A DNA stretch of 63,793 nucleotides, filler included, from Reclinomonas americana ATCC 50394 (lineage: Eukaryota), in assembly GCA_048213135.1 (NCBI GenBank). It is 7 parts of 3 records of this genome, joined end to end, with 100 filler letters (N's around TTAATTAATTAA, not from the genome) between each part and the next. Parts side by side here need not be neighbours in the genome. Positions count along the whole stretch, not along the records: positions 1 to 20,408 come from PS015211.1; positions 20,509 to 26,350 come from PS015212.1; 5 more parts are not named here. One strand, written 5' to 3'. Under the pieces are notes generated by a model. The model was not told the origin of the DNA. It saw only the letters and a program-made list of their open reading frames with translations, and did no database searches. Shown here in pieces: positions 11,204-24,016 of this stretch. Positions within the stretch are counted from its first letter, which is position 1. Each line of letters opens with the position of its first letter. A program made the translations under genes and the position numbers.

Positions 11204-14200
11204 ATGCGCCAAGTGAGTGCTCTCCTTGTCGCCGCTCTGTTGCTGCTTGTTGCAGCGGCTGTGCTTGCCCCCGAGGCCGATGCTGCTGCAGTGGCACCGC
11301 CTATGTGGCCCAACAAGGTGTGCATTCACAGAGAGAGATAGAGAGCACACAAGTCTCTCACATGATGTGTGTGCGCAGTACACCATGGCCCTCGTGCTTG
11401 AGCTGTTGCGTCGTTTTTTCCGCGTGTGTGCATCATGATTGGTATTCCTCACACACACTGATGCTTGCAGGCCTTATGCGCACATTCGCGAGGTGACTTT
11501 TTTTGTTCTTGCTCTTCTCTCTCCTCGTGTGTATGCGCGCGTGCACTAACACACACAGGTACACACTCTGTGATGCAGCCCATTGAAGTGACTCTCGACC
11601 GTGATTCGGGTCGCGAGGCCATTCGCTACTATGATGGTGTGCTTTTTGCTCTCTCTCTTTGTCTCTCTTTTGAGTCTCTGCATTGCTCACTCTTGTGCCT
11701 AGGCATGGACACCACGCTGTACCGCAACGACCTCAACACCACGTTTGAGCTCTACCCGCGCAAGGATGTGGAGACGTGCTACGTTGAGTTCCGACACCAG
11801 CATGCACATGTGTGTGTCATGATGACATACATGCTCACTCTGCGTGTCAGATCGGCGTGTTCCACCACTCGCCGCCGCCGCTCACCTCCCTGCTGCCCGA
11901 CCTCACCGGCTACACGCTGGCCTCGGCACCCGTCGACATTGATGGTTGGTTGGCCATTGCGCTCCCGCTTCGTGTGACTGACGATGTGTATCCTTCTTAT
12001 GCGCGCGCCCGTGCAGGTGTCCGTTGCAATGCGTGGCAGTACACGGTGATGCATGGTGCCAAGGTAGCTTCTGGTTTGGGGCTTCTTTCTTTGTTCCGTT
12101 GTATAACAGCAGCTTGTGCAGCAAAACAACTACACCATGTACGTGTCGGCCGACGACAACAATCGCCCCGTGCGCTTCCACATCCAGTACGGCTACAATG
12201 TCATTGGTGGTGAGTCGGGAGACCACGCGCTGTGCTCACCACCCTCGATTCTCACTCCCGTGCACACAGGTTCGCACTACGACGAGTACGTCTTCAACTA
12301 CCTGTTCTTCCGGCCGCAGGAGGTGCGCGAGGACATGTTGATTGTTCCGCACATTTGCCAGAGCTCGTCGGCCACCCGCGGCGACGTGGATGGGCCGATG
12401 CACCGCCACGACCGCATGGGCTCGTTCTTCCGCAGCATCATGCCGTCCCCGCAGCACATGAGCGACGCCGTCGACGCCTCATCGCTCAAGTTCAACGAGT
12501 TTGTGCACGAGTTTGGCAAGGTAACACGCAATCCTGCACTGTCGATGACACCTGCTGCGCCGCGCTCATCCTTTGTATACGTCCAATCACACAGTCGTAC
12601 GCCACCGTCGACGAGTACACTCAGCGCCGCGCCAACTTTGAGCGCAACATGCGCCTCATCAACGAGCACAACGCGCGCACCGATGTGACTCACAAGCGTT
12701 GCGTGAACCGCTTTTCGTGGCGCTGTATGTGTGTGTAGCTGGTGTGCTGATGATAATCACAATGCAGTGCGCGCCAACAAGTGGGCCGACTGGCACCCCG
12801 AGGAGTTCCGCGCCACCATGCTGCTGAAGCGCGGATCGTGAGTACACGGTGTCGCCGCCGCGTTGTGAAGTGTGAGTGTACTCACAGCGGTGGATCTTGC
12901 AGGCGCCCCGAGACGAGCAATGCTCACGCCACGTTCAAGCACACTGTGAGTAGGCTATCACGCACTCGTTGTGTGATTGATTTCGTCCTCATGCACTCGT
13001 GATGCAGGGCGCCCCGGTCCCCCCGGCGTTCGACTGGCGCAGCAAGAATGTTGTGCTGCCAGTGCGCGACCAGGTTTGTCGTGTGAAGTGGGTCACGCTC
13101 TGGTCATCCATGTTGTCTCACATGTCTTTCTCTTCTTGTGCTTCTGTGTGCGTAGGGCGGTACGTATGCGGTAAGGCCTGTTCGCCCCCTTTTCACACCT
13201 CATCCCCTCATTCTTTTCGTGCCTCCAACCCGCAGTGTGCGGCAGCTGCTGGGCGTTCTCCGGCACCGGCTCCATTGCCTCCATGTGGGCCATCAAGACT
13301 GGTACGTGCATGCAGCTTGTTGAGATTGTCGCAACACTCAACGCTCACTGCTGCTTGCTTGCGTCACTCTCGCAGGCATTCTGGTGTGTGCATTACAGCA
13401 GCTTCCGTTTTGTTGAAACCGCATGACGACTGACACCTCATGTTTCCCTGTGCAGGCCAACCTGTCGCCCCAGCAGGCCATGGACTGCATGTGGGACTAC
13501 CCGAGTTGAGTTGGTTTCATCACATATGCGTTCATGAATTCCTGAACTCATTGATTTTCTCTCTGCAGACAACCAGGGTATGTGTCGCGGCAACAATCAA
13601 TGTGCCCAAGCGCCTCTCACCGGTGACTGTGTTTGTGTCGTACAGCTTGCAACGGTGGCAACGAGTGGGACGTCTTCCAGTACGCCATCGACAATGGTGG
13701 TATTGGCGCCATGATGGAGTACCCGTATCTGATGGCTGATGGTGCGTGTGCACGAGTTCTTCACCCTCTTTCATACCGCGCATACTAATACGCTCTTGCT
13801 CTCTTTCTCTGCTCGCCAGGCTTCTGCCACCCCACCTTCCCTGTGGCCAAGGTCACCAAGTACTTCAACACCACGGCGGGCGACGAGAACGACCTGGTTC
13901 GTTGTCAGCTGGCGCACCGGTTTGGTTGCTCCCAACGGACTCTCACTCGCAACACTTGTGTGTGTGCCTGCAGATGAATGCTGTGGCCACCCACGGCCCG
14001 GTGTCTGTCGCCATCATGGTGGCCGACTCGTTCATCTACTGTTGCGTGGTGGTGGCGTTGAGTGCCTCGTTTCCTGTTGTGTGCCTTCGTGACACTCACT
14101 TCGTTGAACACAGACGGATCTGGTTTGTGACTCCGATCTGCGACAAAGGGAATGCGTGCGCGTGATTGATCTCACTTGCATGCATGCAGGTGTGTACTAC

Positions 14201-14694
14201 GAGCCGACGTGCAAGAGCGACCCGGCTTCCCTCGATCACGGTGCGTGTCGATGCATGTGTCTCCAACACACTCTTCCTGACTTAAATTGCCGTGCTCGCT
14301 GCGCAGCCGTTCTGGTGGTGGGCTACGGCTCTGACGGCGCCGGACAGGACTACTGGATTGTGCAGAAGTTGCGTGAACCCGCGACGAATGCCATACGGTG
14401 CAAGAGGGTAGGCACTGATGTGTTGTGTTCCACGCTGCAGCTCGTGGTCGACCCACTGGGGTGATGAGTTGCGTGGCACATTGCTCGTGTGATCCAGCAC
14501 TTGTGCTGTCGTTTCGCTCACATGCGTTTCTCCTGCAGTGGCTACGTGAAGATGGCACGCAACCGCCAGAACAACTGCGGCATTGCGGTGCGCTGTTGCC
14601 GTGTGCTGTCTTAGCGGATGCTGCATGTTTGTTTCTTACCTATTTTTCCGCCCGAGCACAGACTACGCCCAACTTCCCGGTGTACGAGCCATAA
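11204..14694 (+). CDS. Papain-family (C1A) cysteine protease with N-terminal extension and I29 propeptide (CfaD/26-29 kDa proteinase-like); 26 introns
   Basis: Signal peptide; ERFNIN-like EYTQRRANFERNMRLINEHN; FDWR; QGVCGSCWAF; LDHAVLVVGYG; YWIVQNSWSTHWGDDGY; stop TAA 14692-14694. Confidence 0.95.
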
Positions 14695-14805
14695 GTCGTC
14701 ACGACGACGACGACATCACTGGCAACAAGCGCACGCATGAATACGTCAGTGAAATCTCTCCCTTACCCCCCTTTTCGCTTTGCTCATCCGACGGCTTCCA
14801 CATGC

Positions 14806-17348
14806 TTACATTTGTCGAGGGACAGCAGCTGCTGCAGGAATCGTGAGAGTCTGAATGGCATGCGCCGGGATGGTGATGGGGGCGACGTAGTTGCCGAGCT
14901 GCAGGCCAAACTGCACCTGGTCGTTGCCGCGGTTGAGCACGACGACAACGACGTCGCCGGCAGGCGTGACAGTTGCCAGGGCCATGAATGATCCCAGCGG
15001 ATCTTGCACGGGGTTGAGGCCGAGGCGTACCGAACCCGGCGGTATGTGTCGCGAAAAGTGACCCATGTGCCAGTACTGGTCACCATACTCCAGTTTCTTG
15101 GTGACGCGATCGTAGCGGAGAGGCGAGTCACATGGTCCGAGGGAGTGTTGCGGTCCGCCTTCCGAATCGAGCAGCACGTTAAACTCGACCCAGATTCGTG
15201 TGTGTGCATTCATGTCGCCAATAATGTCCACGGCATACCTGCACGCAGTTATCGAGGGTGGAGTGAGTGCAACTGAGTGGGTGGTATCTCGACAAGCACA
15301 GTATTTCGCACCTGCTGCCTTGCGCCCAGTGATCCGTCTGCTTCCAGTGTGCCTCCAGTGTGGCCTCCGAGGCGTAGAGCGGCAGCTGTGGGAAGCTCTT
15401 GTACACCTGCTCCAGATACTGGTACTGCACGAGAGGAAGGGAGGTTGGAGATTGAAGCGCACACGTAGTGGAGAAGAGGAGGCACGCAACGTTCTGCAGA
15501 TTGCCGCCATACCAGTGAAACGCCACTGCGAGAAACACCGCAGTGAGTTGACGAAGAAGGAAATGTTACCTCGTACCACACTCGTCGTACCTCCGTCCAC
15601 TGCAACAGCAGCAAGGTCAGCAACAGGGAGTTGGACGAAAAATAGCGACGTGTGCTGAACAAACCGTACTGACGCGCGATCGGATTGCTCATCACAGAGG
15701 CGATGTCTGCACAGTAGTGTTGTCGTTGGCACAGCGTATGGTGACGAAACTGAAGAAGGGAGGGGACGCAACAGTCGGGCATCTGGGGCTTCTGATCATC
15801 GTAGATGTAGATCTGAAGAGATGGGTGGTCGGTGCGGAGTCGCGGACCAAGATAGCCAGCCAGGAAACTTGCTTCTTCCGTGGCATTGAAACAGCAGCAC
15901 TCGTAGGTGACGAGGAACTGGGTGGATATTAGCAACGGAGAAGTGATCCTTGACGAGATCAAAGTGACTCACCTGCCCGCATACATGCGGCTCGTTCTGC
16001 GTCGACGGCAACAGGTGAGCGAATCACGATCAAAATGTTGCAAAAAATGAGACCAACCTCCACAGTGATGGCCGAGATTTGCACACCTCGCTTCCCGTAC
16101 TCGGTGACGTACCTGCGAGCGACCATGCGATGAGTGTCATCTGCTGCTGCAGCGAGACGAGCAAGAGGACGCGCACGCTCAACTTGGACAGGTACAAGGC
16201 CCAGGCGGAGAACATCTTTGGGTCTTGAATCAGTCCAGGCTTGTCAGAGTTGCGCATGTCGTGCTGCGGAACATTGTCGGCTTTGCGAAGGACACGAGTA
16301 GCAGTGAGAGGGATAATCGCTCACATTGCGCTTCATCCACGCTGCGAGACAGGCAAACACACGAGTCAGCTCAGTTGATGGACCCACGAAGCGAGTGGCT
16401 CGTACCCGGCGGCGACCACGGTGTGGACAAGAAGGTGATGGTGCGGTTGTACTTGGCCGCCGTGTCCATGGCGCGGTGAATGAGCGGGATGATTTTCTGC
16501 GACCACGCACGACGTCGTCAGCGGCGACGAGGAAGGAAACACAACAAGTTCGCTCTCACGCGCACCTCTTCATCGTGTGCCACCGAGAAGTGCTCCATGT
16601 TGTAGTCGCCCTCGCTGTCGTCGTACGAATAGCTGCCGACGGAAAAGTCGCAGCTCCCGATCGTCAGCCGCGAGAAGACATACTTGAGTCCACTGAGAGA
16701 ATACGAACGCGCAAACAATGTTAATACCATGTACACACACGTACATGACAAGAGAATGACACACCTGTCGCCCCAGATGTGGTCGAGCGCCTGCACGAAG
16801 ACGCGACATCACATCAGTTTGTCCTTCACAGCCCCCCTCACTCCCACTGCACTCTCTCTCACCTCCGCCTGCAGCTCCGCCGACATCTCGTCAAAAATGT
16901 GCGCCACCGCGTCCGTGATGGCTCCACCAAAGCCCTTCAGCGGCTGATACCGATCAGTGATGTTCACTGTCAACAGTTGCTGTTGCTGCAGCGGCGCCTC
17001 CGAAGCTGCCACATCCTCCAGCAGGAACTGATGCGCCGGAACAAATGGGATGGAAGCTGATGCAGAGACAATGAGAGAGGAAGGCCGAGCAGAGAACAGC
17101 GCGCGGAATGGAGTGTAACGTTTGATGGCCCATCGATCACCAGTGTCGCGCGCACTCTGCACCACCTGCATGCGTGTGAGAGAGACACAGAGAGAGTCAG
17201 AGTCACACCGAGAGTGGTTTCCGCTCGTTCTCTGCCACGCAACTTGCACAGCTTGTGGAGGCGCTGACCATATGGCAAGTGCACAGTTGACAGACAGTGC
17301 CATAAGAAGCAGTAGCAAGAGCAGGAGACCCCGCGCGTGTCTATGCAT
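14806..17348 (-). CDS. Glycoside hydrolase family 30 (glucosylceramidase-like)
   Basis: Signal peptide; YQPLKGFGGAITD; IGSCDFS; TPWSPPAWMK; ITVENEP (acid/base); VDGVAFHWY; LYASEA (nucleophile); YWHMGHFSRHIPPGS. Confidence 0.93.
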
Positions 17349-17422
17349 TCGTTTTCCCGGAGGACAAGAGGAACGAAGGACTTGTCCCCGCCCGCCCTTT
17401 GCAAAGCATACGCGTGTATATC

Positions 17423-20408
17423 ATGGAGCCACCACCGCCGCGGCAGGTGAGATGCAGAGTAGAGTGGAAGACTCACACACACGCAGACAACAGACAGACA
17501 GAGAGAGACAAGGCGAGACTGAGTGTGCATGTTGTGCAGAGATGTGTGTGATCAACGCATGCCACTCACCTCTCTCTCTCCCTGTGCATGTGCGTGTGCG
17601 TATGTGTGACTGTGTGCAGCGCACTGCGACAGGCACATCTCCATCGCCACCTGCAACATTGACACCGCCATCGTTTCCCGCTTCTTCTTCCTCTTCTTCG
17701 TCGTCATCCTCAGCGGGAACAGGTGCTGCTGCGGCTGCGGCGGCAGTGGCGGCCTCCAATGAGGGCACACGGCGAGAGTGCGAAGAGCGACTCAAGGCCG
17801 ACGATGCAATTCTGTCGCGCGATACATTCACACTGCTGTTGCGCTACATCAAGGCAGAGGGAAAGCCGCAGGTGAGGTGGATGTGTGAGAGAGGGAGGGA
17901 GGGAGGGAGGGAGAGAGAGACANNNNNNNNNNNNNNNNNNNNNNNNNNNNNNNNNNNNNNNNNNNNNNNNNNNNNNNNNNNNNNNNNNNNNNNNNNNNNN
18001 NNNNNNNNNNNNNNNNNNNNNNNNNNNNNNNNNNNNNNNNNNNNNNNNNNNNNNNNNNNNNNNNNNNNNNNNNNNNNNNNNNNNNNNNNNNNNNNNNNNN
18101 NNNNNNNNNNNNNNNNNNNNNNNNNNNNNNNNNNNNNNNNNNNNNNNNNNNNNNNNNNNNNNNNNNNNNNNNNNNNNNNNNNNNNNNNNNNNNNNNNNNN
18201 NNNNNNNNNNNNNNNNNNNNNNNNNNNNNNNNNNNNNNNNNNNNNNNNNNNNNNNNNNNNNNNNNNNNNNNNNNNNNNNNNNNNNNNNNNNNNNNNNNNN
18301 NNNNNNNNNNNNNNNNNNNNNNNNNNNNNNNNNNNNNNNNNNNNNNNNNNNNNNNNNNNNNNNNNNNNNNNNNNNNNNNNNNNNNNNNNNNNNNNNNNNN
18401 NNNNNNNNNNNNNNNNNNNNNNNNNNNNNNNNNNNNNNNNNNNNNNNNNNNNNNNNNNNNNNNNNNNNNNNNNNNNNNNNNNNNNNNNNNNNNNNNNNNN
18501 NNNNNNNNNNNNNNNNNNNNNNNNNNNNNNNNNNNNNNNNNNNNNNNNNNNNNNNNNNNNNNNNNNNNNNNNNNNNNNNNNNNNNNNNNNNNNNNNNNNN
18601 NNNNNNNNNNNNNNNNNNNNNNNNNNNNNNNNNNNNNNNNNNNNNNNNNNNNNNNNNNNNNNNNNNNNNNNNNNNNNNNNNNNNNNNNNNNNNNNNNNNN
18701 NNNNNNNNNNNNNNNNNNNNNNNNNNNNNNNNNNNNNNNNNNNNNNNNNNNNNNNNNNNNNNNNNNNNNNNNNNNNNNNNNNNNNNNNNNNNNNNNNNNN
18801 NNNNNNNNNNNNNNNNNNNNNNNNNNNNNNNNNNNNNNNNNNNNNNNNNNNNNNNNNNNNNNNNNNNNNNNAGCCGAATGCATCCTGTGAGAATGAGACT
18901 CACGTTGTCCGTGCGACGACGACAGTCGGCCATTGAGTTCCTGACGCGTGGGTACACCGGTCACGCCTCCATGTGCAATGCCTTGGCCGAGTGTCTGCGC
19001 ACGCTGGGCTACTCGAACGAGCGCATCGTGGAGCAGTGCGGTGCGTACTTTCGCAAGACGCTGGCCGAGCGCTTCGACCCGGTCAAGGCCGATCGTTTCT
19101 TTGAGCAGAGCCGGCGGAAAGATGTTGCGTTTGGGTGGCGATGTCTGGAACGTGTGGCGCATCTCGTGTGCTGACTCGCCTGTGCGTAGCCGGTGTGGTT
19201 GAAGGAGATGATTCGCAGCAAGGACTGGAGGAACTTTTTCTACGAGCTGTCCAACCAGCACCGATCGTGCTTGTTTTTGGATTACGCTGTGCAGGTTGGA
19301 GCGTGCATCTCTATCGCAGCGTGCGATCCAACGCGTTGTGCCTCACGCACCCCACTCCACAGCTCATCTTCGACAGTGGTTTTGTCGACGAGATCGTCGC
19401 CGTGCCGTCCAGCATCAACTTCTTCCCGCTCTTCCATGGCATTCTTACGCAGTACGCCCGCCTGCTGTGCGGTGAGCAGGGCAATCGACTCTCGGAGTTC
19501 AAGACACTCGAGAGACTGCAGGCGCTCAAGGTGGGCACACCAGGCGACCAGCATGCAGTCTCGTTTGTGAAGCCGCTCTGACCCGGTTACTCTCCCCTCG
19601 CAGGAACGCGCCGTGGAACGTCAGGATACGTATCTCTACTCGCAAGTGTTCCTCCTCACCCTGTCGCGCCAGTTGCGCCAGCCAGCGCTGCAACGACTGG
19701 CAGAGGAGATTGAGAGCGAGGCAGAGAAGGAGCAGTCGTTGCGTCTCAATTGGTGGGAATTGGCTCTCTGGGAGCTGCGTGTGGGCTCATTCACGCCATG
19801 CAGATTGCTGGTGCAGAAAATGCATTACCTCCTCAAGTTCCCACTGGCGGTGTTCGAGAGTCTGCAGGATGACGCACAGCAGGCCGAGTCGTTCCGGAGC
19901 GAGTTTGCATTCTGTGCATCGTGTCTGGCCGACATTATCAACGACCCTGCGTCTGCCGTCGGCAACATCTCGCAAGTGCATCGGTCGTTCATGGCGCCCG
20001 ATTGCCGCCTCCCCAAAATGCTGCTGCACCAGGAGAGATTCATCGGTTTGTGGCATCCTTCGTCTCTTCGGCACGCCGCTCTCGTTGTGCTAGCTGACGA
20101 AGCGGTGCGTCAGACATCCTGCTGGGCGAGCTTTTCCGACCACGTCGCGGTGTCGCACAGGATCACATTGCTCGGTGTGCGCAGCTAGTAGCGCTGGCCG
20201 TCACCAATGCGGAGGTGAGAAGCGCTTCCTCTTTCTTGCCTTGTGTTGTGTCTCCTCCTCTGCTGATCCCTGGTGCGCGCGCAGGAGACACGCGAACGAC
20301 TAAAGGAGCGGCTACAACTGCTGAGTTTCGAGTGCCGCGAGCGCTTTGTGGCCGCCAAAACCGACGTGCAGCACATTGCCAGAGCGTTTTACGATGAAGC
20401 GGGGTACG
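17423..20408 (+). CDS. NELFCD: Negative elongation factor C/D (TH1-like), 3'-partial at a gap
   Basis: LLRYIKAEGKPQ|SAIEFLTRGY...FDPVKADRFF...PVWLKEMI...WRNFFYELS...CLFLDYAVQLIFDSGF...DTYLYSQ...ELFRP, collinear with recalled TH1/NELF-D. Confidence 0.88.
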
Positions 20409-20610
20409 NNNNNNNNNNNNNNNNNNNNNNNNNNNNNNNNNNNNNNNNNNNNTTAATTAATTAANNNNNNNNNNNNNNNNNNNNNNNNNNNNNNNNNNNN
20501 NNNNNNNNACGGTACGGTAACCGGTACGGTACGGTAAACGGTAAACGGGTAAACCGGTAACGGTAACGGTACGACGTACCGGTACGTACGTACGTACGTA
20601 CGTACGTACG

Positions 20611-20612
<2 letters not shown>

Positions 20613-20701
<89 letters not shown>
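20613..20701. repeat. (GT)n microsatellite in an intron
   Basis: About 44 uninterrupted GT units directly before acceptor gctccag. Confidence 0.95.
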
Positions 20702-20703
<2 letters not shown>

Positions 20704-20707
20704 CCAG

Positions 20708-23700
20708 GTATCGAACCATTGCGTACAAGAGGCGAGTGGTGCTGGACCTGGATATAGAGCTGGAGGAGCGCTGGGTGCTTCGTGTTGGCAAGCAGTTTGC
20801 CATGACACAGCGCGCCGTCTACTGCCCCGATTTCCTACCCGTCTTTGGCGACGATTTCTTCGTGTCTCCACGGTCACTGCTACACAGTGATCCGTCCACA
20901 TCGGTCATGTTTACGAACGCCAAGGTACGGATCGTCGATTTTTTTTGAAGAGGTGTTTGAAATGAGATCGCTCACTCCCTGTTTGTGTGTGTGTGTGTGC
21001 AGCGATTGAGTGAGTCGGTCAAGGTTGCGGAGCGAGCTTTCCGCGAGTTCGTCGACAGATCACCACTCTCCGGCAACGACTTCAAGCAGTACTTGATCAC
21101 GCTGCTGAGACACATGCGCATACCGAATGACTACAAGCAGGGAGTGCCGATCACCATTACTTGGAACGATGAAATCACGGCAGAGGCCCGGCAGCTGTTT
21201 GGCGATCCGCGTGTCAATCATGGTGCGGCGCGTTGCGGCAGCGAGTGCTTTGTCGCCAAACTGCTGCTGACATGTGAAGGGGTGGTGACTCGCAGGCGAA
21301 TCACTGTCGACAATGATTCACACGATTTGCCAGAATGCGTCGCGATTCGAGCCGCCCGCCATTATGGACGGCGTGGAGGTGCGTCGCCTAGCGGCTGTGT
21401 GTTGATGTTGCGAATGAGCTGGCCTCACCGTCATTTTGTGTACTCCACGCAGGGCTTTGTGGAGTGGCTGATTGACATGCACGGGCTGCCAGAAGAGGTG
21501 CTGCCGATGAGCGGCAATACGCAGCTTGTCCTGCTCTCCAGGCAAGGCGAACCGCCGGCCATGACGGCGTGTCAGCCGCCGGAAGATGATCGTGTGCTCG
21601 AACTTGGCGTTTATTCACCAATGGCCACGGATCGTCGGGTACGTCTGCGGTCAACGGTTTCTTTCTTTCCGTGCGTGGTGCGCTCCTTACACTTCTCGCT
21701 TCTCGCCACAGTGGTATCGCAAAACGCTGAGTGACGACGGGGTGGAGAGTGTCGACAGCGACAGCATCAGCATGTCGTCGTCGTCGGTCGTTGGTCACGT
21801 GTCGTCGGCGGATCCGGCGGGAGCCTTTGATCACCCGGATACCCCGGAGCATGTGCTGTCGCCCACGTCGCAGGCGGAGGGAGAGGAGGGCGGGCACTTT
21901 ACGGAGACCACACTTCTCGCGTCGGGAGATTTGTTTTCATCTGGCTCGCGTCTCATGTCGTCGTCCTCTTCGTTGATGTCGTCGTCGTCGTCGGTGGGAT
22001 CGGTGGCGTCGGCGTCGGCTCGTTTGCAACGTGGTGTGTCCATGTCGGCCAGCGGTCTCTCCAAGGCAATGCGCCGTGGCTCGGGCAAGCAGTGGACACG
22101 GCAGGGCGCATTCCGCCGATCGCTGGGCGGCGGCCTGACTCGCGCCGCCAACAATGTGCTGACCACCAAGGACTTTATTGTCTCTGTGCGGTGAGTGAGT
22201 GCATGCGCTTTGCGGTGTTTTGAGTATCATGCCCGCAGAGCTCACGCATCTGGGGGCGCCACAGATTGCTGTGCCAATTGTTGATTGAGCGTGTGGTGCT
22301 CGCGTCCTGTGCCAAGTACTACTTGCGGTCGTCGCTCGAGGAAATGTTGGAGAGCGACACGGCGTACTCGGAGCGAATGGACTGGCTCCGCTCGCTGCCG
22401 CCAAGCGCACTCGGTGTTACGGAAAAGGTGTGTGTGTGCGGGCAATCTTGAATTGTGTCCGTTCACTGTTTCCGTCCCGCTGACGCCTTTTGCTTATCAT
22501 GCAGTTGCTCGGTGGCTTCCCCGACGACCCGAGTCTGCTGCTGGGCGAGCCCATTCGGTTCCTGTCGCAGTTCGACATTATGGAGGCGCCGACGGACAAA
22601 CTGCGCTGCATCATGTGGGCCTCGCAGAGTATTTTTGAGCTGCTGTACGGGTGGCGGGGCGTGGTGGTGTCGGCCGATGACTTTATGCCGGCGCTGGTCT
22701 TTGTCTGCGTGCATGCCGACATGTGGAGCCCGTTTGCACATCTGAAGTTCCTGCGTGACTTTTACGACGGCCGCAAGACGGCGCAGGCTGACTACTACTT
22801 GACGTGCTTTGAATGTGCGTGCTCTGTGCAGCGTCTCTCCCATTGCCTGCGTGTGCGCGCTCGCTCACCTCTCCGTGACACACACAGTTGCCATCACCTA
22901 CATTAGCGAGCTGACGCCGGAGAAGCTGGAGGCCGGCATGGACGAGTCACTGTCGTCACATGCAGAGAAGGCGCATAGTTCACGCGTCCAGGATCTCCTG
23001 CGCACCGCGTCGAGTGATCGCGGTGGTCTGGGGTGCGTTGTTCTCGATCTGGCGCATTCATTGTTAGTCGCTGACTTGGGGGACCATGCCAGGCTCTTTG
23101 AGGGCTCGGAGGTGGATCTGTTTGGCTCGTTCCGCGAGTCTGGCACCGGCGGCGACAATCCGCTGCCCGACACGGACAGCAGTGGAGCGTCGCGAACGAG
23201 TTCGCAGGGCGAGCAGGCAGTTGCGTTTCCGCGCGTGCTTGCAGGAAGTGAGAGAGAGTGTGTGTGGCTAACTGTTCTTCCTTTTTCGCGCACAGGCGCT
23301 GCACCGCGAGGCAAGCTCGTCTCGTGTGGGTGATTTGTGGAAGTGGGGCGTGGAGGGCGTGTCGCCACCACAGAACCGTCGGCGATCGTCGTCCTCTGTG
23401 TCGGCCTCGTCGGCAACGTCGGCGGGGTCGGTCACCGGCTCGGCCACCTCGTCGGTGCTCTCGTCGGAGGCCGACGACATGGAGGGCGGCAGTGAGGATC
23501 TGGAGGCAGTCGATGACGACGAGCAGCAGCAACTGCAGCAGCAGCAGCAGCAGGAGGAGTCGGAGGACGGCGATCTTGCTGATGACGTGCCGCCGACGGT
23601 CGACCGGTTTGGCGACGACGAGGCAAATCGACGCTTGCGCCAGCGGCACTCGGCGTCGGTTCCGGTGCCAGACGGCGGAGAGGCTCGGTCGCCACCGCGC

Positions 23701-23982
23701 GCGTCGGGCAGAGCGTCAGCCGCGGCGGCAAACGCCGAGATTGCGAGAAGTGCCAGCGAGTTGGTGGCGGCGTCTGTTGCCACTCTCGACGGAGCAGCGT
23801 CGTCGACGACGGTGCCAACTTCGGCGGCGTCGATCGAGACCGATACTGTGGGCGAGCCGAGACCACGCAGGAGCGCGCAGCGCCCGAAGCGGATACCGCA
23901 CCGAACATTGTCGATGCAGGCCGACGACGAGCCGGAGAGCGAGACATTTACGGAGACGCACGATCATCCTTTGAAACTGTGA
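20708..23982 (+). CDS. VPS9-domain protein (Rab5-family GEF), 5'-partial
   Basis: APTDKLRCIMWASQSI...VSADDFMPALVFV...LKFLRDF...DYYLTCFEFAITYI is the VPS9 signature; long Ser/acidic tail; stop 23980-23982. Confidence 0.88.
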
Positions 23983-24016
23983 TAAAATATTTTAAGAGCA
24001 CACAAATTCAGTGGCT

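Noticed and set aside
14360-14480. Shifted donors read as non-canonical TT...AGN introns
   Set aside because: That register would turn the catalytic QNSW into QKSW; GT-AG boundaries give the conserved residues.
20509-20612. Degenerate (TACG)n/ACGGTA repeat
   Set aside because: Sits at a contig end just beyond a long (GT)n and follows the T-A-C-G flow order; typical pyrosequencing read-end noise.
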